Shown here: piece after piece, positions 46,357-56,694 of the stretch
How the letters are laid out: every line of letters begins with the position of its first letter
Position numbering within the stretch: the stretch's first letter is position 1
Origin: an uncultured SAR86 cluster bacterium
Lineage (GTDB): Bacteria > Pseudomonadota > Gammaproteobacteria > Magnimaribacterales > D2472
NCBI GenBank assembly: GCA_943788515.1
Contig: CALSQM010000001.1
Location: 64,501 to 128,500 of the forward strand
DNA length: 64,000 nucleotides
Reading direction: 5' to 3'
The notes under the pieces: generated by a model
Seen by the model: only the letters and a program-made list of their open reading frames with translations
Told to the model about the DNA's origin: nothing
The model's database searches: none
Program-made: the position numbers and the translations under genes

Positions 46357-47153
46357 TTATCATGCAAAATACTACTCAAACACAATTAGAGTTTCCGATG
46401 GTTATGGGTCAACCATATGAAACTCTTCCAGAAGATTTATTTATTCCTCCAAATGCATTGGAGCTTTGCTTAGAGACATTCTCTGGGCCGATGGATCTTT
46501 TGCTGTATTTAATTAAAAAAGAAAATATTAATATTCTGGAATTAGATGTTTCAAACATTACTGATCAATACATAGAATATATTGATTTAATGGATGCTCT
46601 GCAGTTTGAGCTAGCTGCTGAGTATCTCGTAATGGCAGCAACTCTTGCTGAGATCAAATCTAGAATGATGCTTCCAAGAGACAAACATGATGAAGAAGAG
46701 GAAGATCCAAAATCAGCATTAATCAAAAGGTTACAGGAGTATCAAAGATATAAATCAGCTTCAGAAAAAATGGCATTGATGCCAAGAGTCGACAGAGATT
46801 TTTATACTGCTACTGCGGCCCTTCCTGAAATCAAAATCGAGAAGAAAGAGATATCCATAACCAAAGAAGAATTAGCATCTATTTTCAATGAAATTAAGTC
46901 TAGGCCTGACTTAAAGTTAAGTCATCAAATAGATTTTGAGGAACTCTCGACTCAAGAGAGAATCCAAATCATTCTTGATATCTTATCAAGAAGAAATGTA
47001 ATTAGTTTTTCTAAAACATTAAGAAAATCCGAAGGAAGGCATGGAGTAGTTGTTACCTTTTTAGCCTCCCTTGAGTTAGCTAAAGATGGACATGTTGAAT
47101 TAATTCAAAATAAAACAGAAGAGATGTTTTTAAAATCTCTTAGAGGAGCTTAA
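46353..47153 (+). CDS. scpA: segregation and condensation protein A
   Basis: 266 aa in the ORF track. FSGPMDLLLYLIKKENINILELDVSNITDQYIEYI is typical of ScpA. ATG 46362 (MQNTTQ...) is the more likely start. Confidence 0.85.
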   Translation: MFIMQNTTQTQLEFPMVMGQPYETLPEDLFIPPNALELCLETFSGPMDLLLYLIKKENINILELDVSNITDQYIEYIDLMDALQFELAAEYLVMAATLAEIKSRMMLPRDKHDEEEEDPKSALIKRLQEYQRYKSASEKMALMPRVDRDFYTATAALPEIKIEKKEISITKEELASIFNEIKSRPDLKLSHQIDFEELSTQERIQIILDILSRRNVISFSKTLRKSEGRHGVVVTFLASLELAKDGHVELIQNKTEEMFLKSLRGA

Positions 47154-47154
47154 A

Positions 47155-47712
47155 TTGGATATAAAAATAGTTAATACAGTCGAGGCATTATTATTTGGAG
47201 CTGGGAGGCCTTTAAGGCTCTCTGAAATAAGAGGGCTTCTGGAATCTGATGGGTTGATCGCCGAACTCTCAGATATCAAAAAATGCATCAATGAACTTGA
47301 GCAAAGATTTAACTTATCATCACTTGAAATAACAGAAGTTGCATCTGGTTTTAGGCTTCAAATCAAACAAACTTATAGCGCGCCAATAACACATCTTTGG
47401 AATGAAAGAACTCCAAGAATATCAAAAGCTTTGATGGAAACGATTTCAATCATTTCATACAAGCAACCTGTGACTAGAGGAGACATTGAGGATATTAGAG
47501 GCGTAAGTGTTAGTACTCAAAGTATTAGGTCATTGCTTGAAAGAAACTGGATTAAAGTAACAGGATTTAAAGACGCTCCTGGAAGACCGGCTTTATACTC
47601 AACAACAAAAGAATTTTTAGATGACTTAAATCTAAAAAGCATTTCAGAACTTCCTGAACTACCAGAGGTAGATGAAGGACCTAATGACCAAGTTTTATCT
47701 GAGGTTATTTAA
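47155..47712 (+). CDS. scpB: segregation and condensation protein B
   Basis: 185 aa, TTG start. VEALLFGAGRPL, ISYKQPVTRGDIEDIRGV, PGRPALYSTT. Confidence 0.85.
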   Translation: MDIKIVNTVEALLFGAGRPLRLSEIRGLLESDGLIAELSDIKKCINELEQRFNLSSLEITEVASGFRLQIKQTYSAPITHLWNERTPRISKALMETISIISYKQPVTRGDIEDIRGVSVSTQSIRSLLERNWIKVTGFKDAPGRPALYSTTKEFLDDLNLKSISELPELPEVDEGPNDQVLSEVI

Positions 47713-47723
47713 AGCCCCTAATT

Positions 47724-48449
47724 ATGTCTGAAAGGTTGCAAAAATATCTTGCTAGAGCAGGTATAGGTTCTAGAAGAGCATGCGAAGTATTGATAAAAAA
47801 TGGTCAAGTTTTAGTGAATGGAAATGTCGCTAAAATTGGTACGACTGTTTCTGAAAAGGATGTTGTTGAGTTTGAAGAAAAAATTGTTCAAGTAAAAGAG
47901 GTTGACCTCAAGGTTATTATTCTAAACAAGCCTGAAGGCGTTCTTTCCTCAAATGCTAGAGAAAAAAATATTCCAATCGTTTATGACTATTTGCCTAATG
48001 CTTACAATCAGAGAAGCTGGATTTCAATTGGAAGGCTTGATATTAATACCTCTGGTTTAATGTTGTTTACAAACAATGGAGAGTTTGCAAATTACTGCAT
48101 GCATCCATCAAACACACTAGACAGAGAATATCTTGTCAGAGCAAGAGGGGACTTCACTCAAGAAAAAAAAGAATCCATGTTAAGGGGCATTTTAATAGAT
48201 GATGAGCTTCATAAGTTTACGGATGTTGTAGAGGGTGAAAAAAATGGATCAAATCAATGGTTTTCAGTTTGCTTGATTAGTGGAAAGAATCGAGAGGTTA
48301 GAAAAATATTTCAAGCCTTGGATCTTGAGGTCAGTAGACTTAAAAGAACAAGATTTGGGCCAATATTTCTTCCATCAACATTGCAAAAGGGAAAAACCAA
48401 AGCTTTGGATGAAAATGAAATAAAGTTGCTAGAGAGCTATAGTGGCTGA
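47724..48449 (+). CDS. rluB: 23S rRNA pseudouridine synthase B (RsuA/RluB family)
   Basis: 241 aa. S4 domain ERLQKYLARAGIGSRR and catalytic GRLDINTSGLMLFTN. Follows scpAB as in many gammaproteobacteria. Confidence 0.85.
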   Translation: MSERLQKYLARAGIGSRRACEVLIKNGQVLVNGNVAKIGTTVSEKDVVEFEEKIVQVKEVDLKVIILNKPEGVLSSNAREKNIPIVYDYLPNAYNQRSWISIGRLDINTSGLMLFTNNGEFANYCMHPSNTLDREYLVRARGDFTQEKKESMLRGILIDDELHKFTDVVEGEKNGSNQWFSVCLISGKNREVRKIFQALDLEVSRLKRTRFGPIFLPSTLQKGKTKALDENEIKLLESYSG

Positions 48450-48520
48450 AGCAGCAAGTAGCTTACAAATTTCTTCTAGACACATCAAAAAAAAATAACC
48501 ATAACAAATTTCATAATTTT

Positions 48521-49028
48521 TTGATTTCTTCTAAAGTTATCTCAATAAAATCAAGATCCAATAACTTATCAGTAGATTTTTTTCTTATTAAAACAATTAT
48601 CAGCCAGCAAGTGTCTGTTAAAGCTGCGCAATCAATTTGGTTAAAAACTTATACCTACATAAGTAACTCAAAAGAATTATCAGAAGATGGGCTTAAGAAA
48701 TCAGGGCCTATCAAGACCAAAGGCATCCTATATCTATGGCATTTTTTATAATAAAGAACTGAAATCTCTTTCCAAAAATAAAATATTAAATATGAAAGAA
48801 AGTGATATTGATAATTTTTTTTTAAATATTAGAGGGGTTGGACCTTGGACGCTATGCTCATTAAAAATGTTTTATCTTTCTTATCCTGATGTATTTATTA
48901 CTGGTGACTTAGCAATTAATAAGGCCTGTAATGAGCTTATGCTAGAAGAAAATTCACCAATGAAAGATTATGCACCATATAGAACCTACTTATGTCTTTA
49001 TTTATGGGCAAGCCTTAATCAAACTTAA
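48521..49028 (+). CDS. HhH-GPD DNA glycosylase (3-methyladenine glycosylase II / AlkA-like), apparent 1-nt frameshift
   Basis: ORF 48521-48751 (IISQQVSVKAAQSIW) and ORF 48687-49028 (GLSRPKASYIYGI, IRGVGPWT, PDVFITGDLAINKA) join if one base of GGGCC (48704-48708) is removed, giving ...DGLKKSGLSRPKASYIYG... Confidence 0.6.
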
Positions 49029-49758
49029 TATATCTCTCATTAGTTTCATCGCTTTTTTCAGACAGCATCCATAAATAATATGATAACAATGATGATGCAT
49101 CCTTAAGATCATTTGGATTTTCTGCAGGGTATGCAAATGCTCTCATGGCAGTCTTTGTTTTGCCTGGATCGAAATTAAAAATTCTAATCTGTGAAATTGG
49201 TTCAAGCTCTTCTTGTAATATTTCTGCCAGTGATTTTACTGCAGCTTTTGAGACTGCGTATGCGCCCCAGTACGCTCTTCCTTTTTCTGCAACACCTGAG
49301 GATGTAAAAATAATTCTTGGATTTTTAGAACCTTCCATTAAGGGAACAAGATATTTCGTTAATATATACGAACTAGTCACATTAATATTTATAACTTTTT
49401 GCCATGTAGCAAGATCGTAGTCAGCTAAAGTAGACATTTTTCCAATTATTGCAGCATTGTTAATTATCCCATCAAGACGTTCATATGAGCCCTGAATTGC
49501 ATTAGCAAATTCCTGAGCCTTACTTTCATCAAGATCATTTAAATCGCATTTTACAATTATAGGATTGGTATTAAATTTTTGGATAATATGATCATATATT
49601 TCATCCAAAGAATCTTCATTTTTTCCATGCAGGATTACATTAGCACCATAAGAACTAAGACCGAGTGCCAATGCTTTTCCAATCCCGCTGGTAGAACCTG
49701 TAACAAGTATATTTTTGTTATCTAAAAATCCTTTGTCAAAATCATTTATATATTTCAT
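49015..49758 (-). CDS. short-chain dehydrogenase/reductase (YciK-like)
   Basis: 247 aa. TGSTSGIGKA, NNAA, catalytic YAVSKAA. Position next to the HAD phosphatase and ubiG matches the Pseudomonas ubiG-gph-SDR block. Confidence 0.75.
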   Translation of the reverse strand: MKYINDFDKGFLDNKNILVTGSTSGIGKALALGLSSYGANVILHGKNEDSLDEIYDHIIQKFNTNPIIVKCDLNDLDESKAQEFANAIQGSYERLDGIINNAAIIGKMSTLADYDLATWQKVININVTSSYILTKYLVPLMEGSKNPRIIFTSSGVAEKGRAYWGAYAVSKAAVKSLAEILQEELEPISQIRIFNFDPGKTKTAMRAFAYPAENPNDLKDASSLLSYYLWMLSEKSDETNERYIKFD

Positions 49759-49760
49759 AT

Positions 49761-50420
49761 TTATTGAATCAGTGAAATTATCTCTTGCGCACTATCTACT
49801 AAATCAGCTCCATCAAAAACTTTACAATCCGTTAATGAATAGCCATACCTGCATCCAATCGTTTTTGTACCAGCTCTAATACCTGCTTCCAAATCTTTAG
49901 GATGATCTCCTATATAAATAGTTTCTGATGGATCTATGCTTAGCTTTGAGCATGCTTGCAGAATACCTTCAGGATCTGGCTTAATTTTATTAACATGATC
50001 TGGGCAAACTAAAACTTTACAGTTATCTAACTCCATAAAATTCTCTATAACAGGTACGGCATATTCTAAAGGTTTATTCGTAACTATTCCGAAAGATATT
50101 TCATTGCTTTTTAAAAAATCTAAAAGCTCTTTAATGCCATCAAAAATTTTTGACGAAGTTGTTAAATTATTTTTATATTCATCTAATAGTTCCTGTCTGT
50201 AACCATCAAATAAGAAATGATTTCTGGGTAAATTAAAACCTATCTCTGTTAGTTTTGCAGAGCCATCAGAGACATGCCTTCTGATAAGGCTCTCTTTTAT
50301 TGGCTTTCTATTATTTCTTGCAAGAACATTATTTAAGGAAAGAATAAAATCTGGAGAGGTGTCTACAAGAGTCCCATCAAGGTCAAATAATACTAATTTA
50401 GTTTTATGATTTTCTTGCAT
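49761..50420 (-). CDS. HAD-family phosphatase (phosphoglycolate phosphatase / MupP-like)
   Basis: 219 aa. DLDGTLVDT motif I, TNK, GDHPKD. Confidence 0.75.
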   Translation of the reverse strand: MQENHKTKLVLFDLDGTLVDTSPDFILSLNNVLARNNRKPIKESLIRRHVSDGSAKLTEIGFNLPRNHFLFDGYRQELLDEYKNNLTTSSKIFDGIKELLDFLKSNEISFGIVTNKPLEYAVPVIENFMELDNCKVLVCPDHVNKIKPDPEGILQACSKLSIDPSETIYIGDHPKDLEAGIRAGTKTIGCRYGYSLTDCKVFDGADLVDSAQEIISLIQ

Positions 50421-51096
50421 GCATCATATAGTTCACACCAAGATCCTCATTGAGATTTGCTTTGTGTGTGATTGGATTATAAAACATGCCTTTAGACTCA
50501 AGTAATTCAACGTTTGCATTTCTAACATATGAGGCCAATGAAGAAGGCTTTATAAATTTATCAAATTCATGCGTGCCCTTGGGTAAAATGTTAAATATAT
50601 ATTCAGCACCAACTATCGCTGTTACCCAAGACCTTGGATTTTTATTGATTGTAGATAAAAATAAATGGCCACCTGGTTTTAAAAGTTCACAACATGTTTT
50701 TACTAAAAGCTCTGGATCTGGAACGTGCTCAAGTACTTCTAGGCAAGCAACAATGTCAAATCTTTTTTCTGTTGATTCTAGAAGACTTTCTGCAGTAGAT
50801 TCTATATAAGTAATTGATTTGTTATTCGCTTCAGCATGCAATTTTGCTATCTCTATTCCAGGCCCCGCAGCATCTATACCTGTAATGTTCCCACCAAAAT
50901 CGTGAAGAGCCTCAGATAAAATTCCTCCACCACAACCAACATCAAGTATATCTTTGCCAGCACATGAAGACTTATTTTCAATATAACTTGCCCTTAACGG
51001 ATTGATTATATGAAGAGGTTTAAAGTCACCACTTTTGTCCCACCACTTTTCAGCAAGCTCTGCAAATTTTTTTACTTCTTGTTGATCTATATTCAT
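50404..51096 (-). CDS. ubiG: bifunctional 2-polyprenyl-6-hydroxyphenol / 3-demethylubiquinol O-methyltransferase
   Basis: 230 aa. FAELAEKWWD, PLHIINPLR, ILDVGCGGGILSE, LKPGGHLFLSTIN. Confidence 0.9.
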   Translation of the reverse strand: MNIDQQEVKKFAELAEKWWDKSGDFKPLHIINPLRASYIENKSSCAGKDILDVGCGGGILSEALHDFGGNITGIDAAGPGIEIAKLHAEANNKSITYIESTAESLLESTEKRFDIVACLEVLEHVPDPELLVKTCCELLKPGGHLFLSTINKNPRSWVTAIVGAEYIFNILPKGTHEFDKFIKPSSLASYVRNANVELLESKGMFYNPITHKANLNEDLGVNYMMHARKS

Positions 51097-51153
51097 AGCG
51101 TTATTTTACAACTAATGAAATCATTAATATATAACTTAATATATTTATACTAA

Positions 51154-51168
51154 TGTAGTAAAACTACA
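51154..51168. promoter_or_regulatory. palindrome TGTAGT-AAA-ACTACA in the ubiG/pntA divergent intergenic region
   Basis: Seen directly in the sequence. It shares the heptamer ATGTAGT with the scpA-proximal palindrome, and a reverse copy lies at 51247-51253. Function unknown. Confidence 0.25.
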
Positions 51169-51274
51169 CACTTATTTTTATTTATATAACGCTGCTACAG
51201 GGTTTATAAATTGAATTGACATTTTAATTTTAATGGGATTTACTTCACTACATAACTAATTTAATTTTACTATT

Positions 51275-52394
51275 GTGATAATTTCAGCATTAAAATCTTC
51301 TGACAATTTAGACAATAGATCTCCAATACACCCAGATACAATCTCAGCACTAACTAAGCTTGGAGCAAATATCTATTTTGAAGCAAGCATTGGAGAAGGG
51401 ATATTTACATCAGATAATGTATTTCATGAGTTAGGACTAAAATCACAAAGTAGAGAAGAGTGCATCAAAAATTCTGATTTATTAATATCCAATCAGCCTC
51501 TTACAAATGATGAAGTTTTACTAATGAAGCCAGGCTCTACTTTATTGGGAATGGTAAATCCTTTTTCAAATCAAGAGTTAATAAATACTTGTGCAAGTCA
51601 TCAAATTAACTTAGTAAGCATGGAATTTATTCCTAGAATAACAAGGGCCCAAAAAATGGATGTTCTTAGTTCTCAAGCTAATCTTGGCAGGATATGTATC
51701 TGTTTTAGAATCCGCTAGTCTACTTTCAACTGCGCTCCCAATGATGATGACTGCAGCTGGAACGCTTAAGCCTGCAAGAGTTTTTGTAATTGGAGTTGGT
51801 GTTGCCGGGCTTCAGGCTATTGCAACAGCTAAAAGACTAGGTGCCAGAGTAGAAGCATTTGATACAAGAGATGTTGTCGAAGAACAGGTAAATTCTTTAG
51901 GTGCAAAATTCGTTAAAATTGATTTGGGTGAGACAGGTCAAACCGATCAAGGTTACGCCAAAGAATTGACGCCAGAGCAAATTCAAAAGCAAAAAGATCT
52001 TCAGTCTGAAGTTTGTGCAAGATCTGATATCGTAATTACAACTGCTCAGCTTTTTGGAAGGCCTGCACCTCAGCTTATAGATAATTCAACTATAGAAAAA
52101 ATGAAACCCGGAAGTGTTATTTTTGATATGGCTGTCGAGTCAGGTGGAAATGTTGAAGGATCAGAGGTTGATAAAGTTGTCATTAAAAATGGAGTTAAAA
52201 TAGTTGGTTATTCGAATCTCGCATCTAAAGTTTCTGGGCATGCATCCCTTGCTCTATCAAATAATTTTAATCATTGGGTCTGCGATTTTTATGACAAGGA
52301 GACAAGTAAAGTAAATTTTGATTTTGATGATGAGATTATAAAAAGTAGTGTATTGGTTTTTGAAGGTAATATTTTGAACGAGAGGTTTAAATAA
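51275..52394 (+). CDS. pntAA: NAD(P) transhydrogenase alpha subunit part 1 (dI), apparent 1-nt frameshift
   Basis: GTG start. ORF 51275-51718 (...ITRAQKMDVLSSQANL) and ORF 51660-52394 (AGYVSVLESA...VIGVGVAGLQAIATAKRLGA) join if one G at 51686/51687 is removed. Confidence 0.9.
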
Positions 52395-52666
52395 TGGAAA
52401 CTTATATTTTACTTGGCTTTGTTTTAATACTATCTATTTACTTGGGCCTTGAATTGATTGCAAAGGTTCCAAGCACTCTTCATACTCCATTAATGTCTGG
52501 AGCTAATGCAATTTCAGGTATTGCACTTGTTGGCGCCCTTATACTTTCAAGAGATTCAGATTTGCAAAACACAATTGCCTTTTTCGCTGTTACATTTGCA
52601 TCTATAAATGTATTTGGTGGATATTTAGTGACTAACAGAATGTTAAAAATGTTCAAGAAGAAATAA
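52394..52666 (+). CDS. pntAB: NAD(P) transhydrogenase alpha subunit part 2 (membrane)
   Basis: 90 aa with three TM helices (TPLMSGANAISGI). Sits between pntAA and pntB. Confidence 0.9.
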   Translation: METYILLGFVLILSIYLGLELIAKVPSTLHTPLMSGANAISGIALVGALILSRDSDLQNTIAFFAVTFASINVFGGYLVTNRMLKMFKKK

Positions 52667-52668
52667 TT

Positions 52669-54078
52669 ATGACTTTTCTATCAGAGACAGAGATAACAGC
52701 AATACAAAATATTATTTACATCTTCTCATCTATATTATTTATCACAGGCATAAAAATGTTAGGCAAAGAGGATACAGCCGTTAAAGGTAATTTCTTTTCC
52801 GCCTTGGCTATGTTTATTGCTGTAAGCATTACTTTTATTGACGTAGTTAACCCAATAATACTTTTAAGCGGGATTGCATTAGGTGCAGTAGTTGGTTCTC
52901 TAATTGCTCTAAAAGTAAAAATGACATCGATACCTGAAATGGTCGCTTTATTTAATGGTTTTGGTGGTTTAGCTACCTTCTTGATTGCGTGGTCTGAGTT
53001 TGATTCTAACCCTATAACCTTTAGCGTTACTGCGGGTAATTTATTTCAACATGCTTTGGTAATGACAACTTTATATATTGGCGGTGTCACATTTACAGGA
53101 AGTCTTGTTGCTTATGCAAAATTATCTGAGAAAATAAAAATAGCAAAAACTTCAATCATTACAAAAATATTCACAACTATTTTTTATATTTCATTGCCAT
53201 TTTTATTATATTCAACATTTGTAACTCCTTTTGCAGTTCCAAGCTTTGGATTTTTTACTGTATTGCTAGTCTTAACGCTTTTGGGGGGTATTGGTTTTGT
53301 TCTTCCAATTGGTGGTGGAGATATGCCTGTTGTAATTTCTTTACTAAACTCCTTTTCAGGAATTGCAGCAGCCTTTGCTGGTTTATTACTATCAAACAAT
53401 GTTCTCATTGTTGCTGGTTCTCTGGTAGGTGCAAGCGGTCTCATTCTTACAGTTATTATGGCTAAGGCAATGAATAGGTCTATTAGTAATATCTTATTTG
53501 TTGGCTATGCAAGTTCTTCTGCTAGCAGTTCTTCATCAGAAGAGCAGGGAGAGGTTAGTCCAATTAGTGTTGCGGATGCTTATTTAATATTAGAAAGTGC
53601 AAGTTCAGTTCTAATCATTCCTGGATATGGCATGGCTGTAGCTCAAGCACAGCATGTTGTAAGAGAGCTTGGAGAGTTACTAGAAGACAACGGTACAGAG
53701 GTTAAATACGGAATACACCCAGTTGCTGGAAGAATGCCAGGTCATATGAATGTTCTTCTTGCTGAAGCAAATGTTCCATATGATGTTTTAGCTGAACCGG
53801 ATGATGTTAATCCAACAATGGATGCAGTAGATGTGGCTGTTGTTATAGGTGCAAATGATGTTGTGAACCCTTCCGCAACAGAAGAGCCTGGAAGTCCAAT
53901 ATATGGAATGCCTATAATTGAAGTACATAATGCAAAGACAGTTTTCGTCTTAAAAAGATCAATGTCTTCAGGTTTTGCTGGAGTACAGAACCCCTTATTT
54001 TTTAAACAAAATACAAGAATGCTTTTTGGAGATGCTAAAGAGTCTATAGGCGGCTTAGTTTCAGAATTTAAAGATTAA
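52669..54078 (+). CDS. pntB: NAD(P) transhydrogenase beta subunit
   Basis: 469 aa. Polytopic N-terminal half, then the dIII domain (IIPGYGMAVAQAQH, YGIHPVAGRMPGHMNVLLAEA, GANDVVNP). Confidence 0.95.
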   Translation: MTFLSETEITAIQNIIYIFSSILFITGIKMLGKEDTAVKGNFFSALAMFIAVSITFIDVVNPIILLSGIALGAVVGSLIALKVKMTSIPEMVALFNGFGGLATFLIAWSEFDSNPITFSVTAGNLFQHALVMTTLYIGGVTFTGSLVAYAKLSEKIKIAKTSIITKIFTTIFYISLPFLLYSTFVTPFAVPSFGFFTVLLVLTLLGGIGFVLPIGGGDMPVVISLLNSFSGIAAAFAGLLLSNNVLIVAGSLVGASGLILTVIMAKAMNRSISNILFVGYASSSASSSSSEEQGEVSPISVADAYLILESASSVLIIPGYGMAVAQAQHVVRELGELLEDNGTEVKYGIHPVAGRMPGHMNVLLAEANVPYDVLAEPDDVNPTMDAVDVAVVIGANDVVNPSATEEPGSPIYGMPIIEVHNAKTVFVLKRSMSSGFAGVQNPLFFKQNTRMLFGDAKESIGGLVSEFKD

Positions 54079-54147
54079 ATCACTAGTTATTTATGTTAAA
54101 ATATATCCTTATCAAAGGACCTATTTTTTTATAAAAAAACTATCAAA

Positions 54148-56694
54148 ATGAGTGATTTCGCAAAAGAAGTAATACCAGTAAATATTGAAGATGAGCTTAA
54201 GCAATCTTATCTAAGTTATGCCTTAAGTGTCATACATGGAAGAGCTCTTCCAGATATTAGAGATGGCCTAAAGCCTGTTCATAGACGCATACTTTATGCG
54301 ATGTATGATCTTAAGAATTCTTATAACAAACCCTATAAAAAATCTGCAAGAGTTGTGGGTGATGTTATTGGTAAATATCATCCGCATGGTGATAGCGCAG
54401 TCTATGATGCAATGGTAAGAATGGCCCAAGATTTTTCAATGAGATACCCTATAGTTGAAGGCCAGGGTAATTTTGGTTCCATTGACGGTGATCCACCAGC
54501 TGCAATGAGATATACAGAAGTCAGGATGGCTAAAATAACTGATCAAATGTACGGCGATCTTGAAAAAGAAACTGTCTCATATTCACCAAATTATGATGGT
54601 AGTGAATTTATACCAGACGTTTTACCAACAAAAATTCCAACACTTCTTGTTAATGGGTCCTCAGGAATAGCAGTTGGGATGGCAACAAATATACCTCCAC
54701 ATAATTTAACGGAAGTTTTAAATGCAAGTATCAATCTAATAAACAAACCAAGTCTTTCAATTGACGATTTAATTAAAGATATTTCAGGTCCTGACTTTCC
54801 TACCGGCGGAACAATTGATGGTAGAGCTGGAATATATGAAGCATATAAAACTGGAAGGGGCATTATTCATACAAGATCAAATACGTCTATAGAAGAGGAT
54901 GAGAAGTCCGGAAAGCAATCCCTAATAATTAATGAAATTCCTTACATGGTAAATAAAGCTAGGATGCTTGAAAAAATCGCAGAACTTGTGAAAGATAAAA
55001 AAATTGAAGGCATCACTGAAATTAGAGATGAGTCTGATAAAGACGGCCTTAGAGTTGTTATAGAAGTTAGGAAGGGTGATTCAGTAGATGTGTTAGAAAA
55101 TAATCTCTTTGCACAAACTCAATTAGAGCAATCCTTTGGTATTAACTTTACTGTTCTAGTGGATGGGCAACCTAAGGAAGTAAACTTAAAAGAAATGCTT
55201 GAAGCCTTTATCAAGCATAGAAAAGATATTATTACTAAAAGAACTAAATATGATCTTAAGAAGGCAAAAGAAAGAGGCCATATAGTTGAGGGGTTGATGG
55301 TAGCGATAGCTAACATCGATGAAGTTATAACCATAATTAAGAAATCAAAAGATCCAAAATTAGCAGCTGAAGCTCTTTGCAAAAAAGATTGGAAAGCTGG
55401 ACCTGTAGAGGCAATATTAAAGAAAGTTGGGGCTGATGCATGTAAGCCAAAAGGTTTAAGTAAAGATCTAGGTATTAATGGTAAAAAATATAAACTTTCA
55501 GTCGATCAAGCTAAAGCAATTCTTGAATTAAGGTTAGCAAGATTAACTGGTCTTGAACAAGATAATCTTGGAAATGAGTTCTCTGATATTGTTTCAAAAA
55601 TTATCGATCTTCAAAAAATATTAGATGACAAAGAGGTCTTAAAAAATCTAATGGTTTCAGAACTTGAAGAGATAAAAAATAATTTTGGTGATGAGAGAAG
55701 AACACTTATAAATGATACTAGGCGCGGAATTACAAATGAAGACCTTATCCCTGAAGAGATGAGAGTTCTGACAGTATCAAGAAGTGGCTATGCCAAAACT
55801 CAGCCTCTTGAAGAATACAGAGAGCAAAGAAGGGGCGGTCAGGGCAAGGCTGCAGCAGCTGTTAAAGAAGAAGATCTAATTCAGAATCTTTATGTCTTGA
55901 GTAGCCATATGCAAATCTTGTGCTTCACAACCAAGGGTAAAGTATTTTGGCTCAAAGTATATGAGATACCTGTTGCATCAAGAACATCAAAAGGTAGGCC
56001 TTTAGTAAACATGCTTAATTTAGATGATGATGAGTCTGTGAGTGATATTTTGCCTGTTAGTGAATTCACCGATGATCAATATATTTTTATGGCAACAAAA
56101 AAAGGGACTACAAAAAAAACGAGCTTAAGTCTTTTTGCAAAGAAATATAAGTCTGGCATCAAAGCAATAAATTTAGATGATGATGATAAATTAATAGGAA
56201 CTGCAATAACCTCAGGAGATGACGAGATATTACTTGCAGCTTCTTCGGGAAAATTAATAAGGTTTAATGAATCACATGTAAGAGCCATGGGTAGAACAGC
56301 AAGAGGAGTTAGAGGGATAAGATTAAAGAAAGATGAAAAATTAATTTCATTAATGGTGGGAGATCCTCTTAAAACAATTTTGTGTGTTTCTGAGAATGGC
56401 TATGGCAAGAAAACTAAGTTAGATGATTTTCCATCTCATAATAGAGGTGGTCAAGGTGTAATCTCAATGAAAACAAGTGAAAGGAATGGTGATATGGTTT
56501 CAGCTGCTCTTGTTGAGGATGAGGATGGGATTATGCTTATTAGCGACAAAGGTACAATGATTAGAACATCAGTAATTCAAGTTCCAACTCTTAGCAGAAA
56601 TACTCAAGGCGTTAAAATAATCTCTCCAAAGGATGGTGAGAAATTAATAGAATGTGTCACTATCCCAAATGAAGAAGATGAAGATGAAGAATAG
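54148..56694 (+). CDS. gyrA: DNA gyrase subunit A
   Basis: 848 aa. [32 protein letters not shown] region [10 protein letters not shown], catalytic-Tyr region AAMRYTE, C-terminal beta-pinwheel and acidic tail. Confidence 0.97.
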   Translation: MSDFAKEVIPVNIEDELKQSYLSYALSVIHGRALPDIRDGLKPVHRRILYAMYDLKNSYNKPYKKSARVVGDVIGKYHPHGDSAVYDAMVRMAQDFSMRYPIVEGQGNFGSIDGDPPAAMRYTEVRMAKITDQMYGDLEKETVSYSPNYDGSEFIPDVLPTKIPTLLVNGSSGIAVGMATNIPPHNLTEVLNASINLINKPSLSIDDLIKDISGPDFPTGGTIDGRAGIYEAYKTGRGIIHTRSNTSIEEDEKSGKQSLIINEIPYMVNKARMLEKIAELVKDKKIEGITEIRDESDKDGLRVVIEVRKGDSVDVLENNLFAQTQLEQSFGINFTVLVDGQPKEVNLKEMLEAFIKHRKDIITKRTKYDLKKAKERGHIVEGLMVAIANIDEVITIIKKSKDPKLAAEALCKKDWKAGPVEAILKKVGADACKPKGLSKDLGINGKKYKLSVDQAKAILELRLARLTGLEQDNLGNEFSDIVSKIIDLQKILDDKEVLKNLMVSELEEIKNNFGDERRTLINDTRRGITNEDLIPEEMRVLTVSRSGYAKTQPLEEYREQRRGGQGKAAAAVKEEDLIQNLYVLSSHMQILCFTTKGKVFWLKVYEIPVASRTSKGRPLVNMLNLDDDESVSDILPVSEFTDDQYIFMATKKGTTKKTSLSLFAKKYKSGIKAINLDDDDKLIGTAITSGDDEILLAASSGKLIRFNESHVRAMGRTARGVRGIRLKKDEKLISLMVGDPLKTILCVSENGYGKKTKLDDFPSHNRGGQGVISMKTSERNGDMVSAALVEDEDGIMLISDKGTMIRTSVIQVPTLSRNTQGVKIISPKDGEKLIECVTIPNEEDEDEE

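Noticed and set aside
53515-53545. Ser-rich run (SSSASSSSSEEQ) in pntB considered as slippage-prone repeat or artefact
   Set aside because: It lies in the flexible linker between the membrane domain and the dIII domain, where length and composition vary between PntB proteins. The frame is intact.
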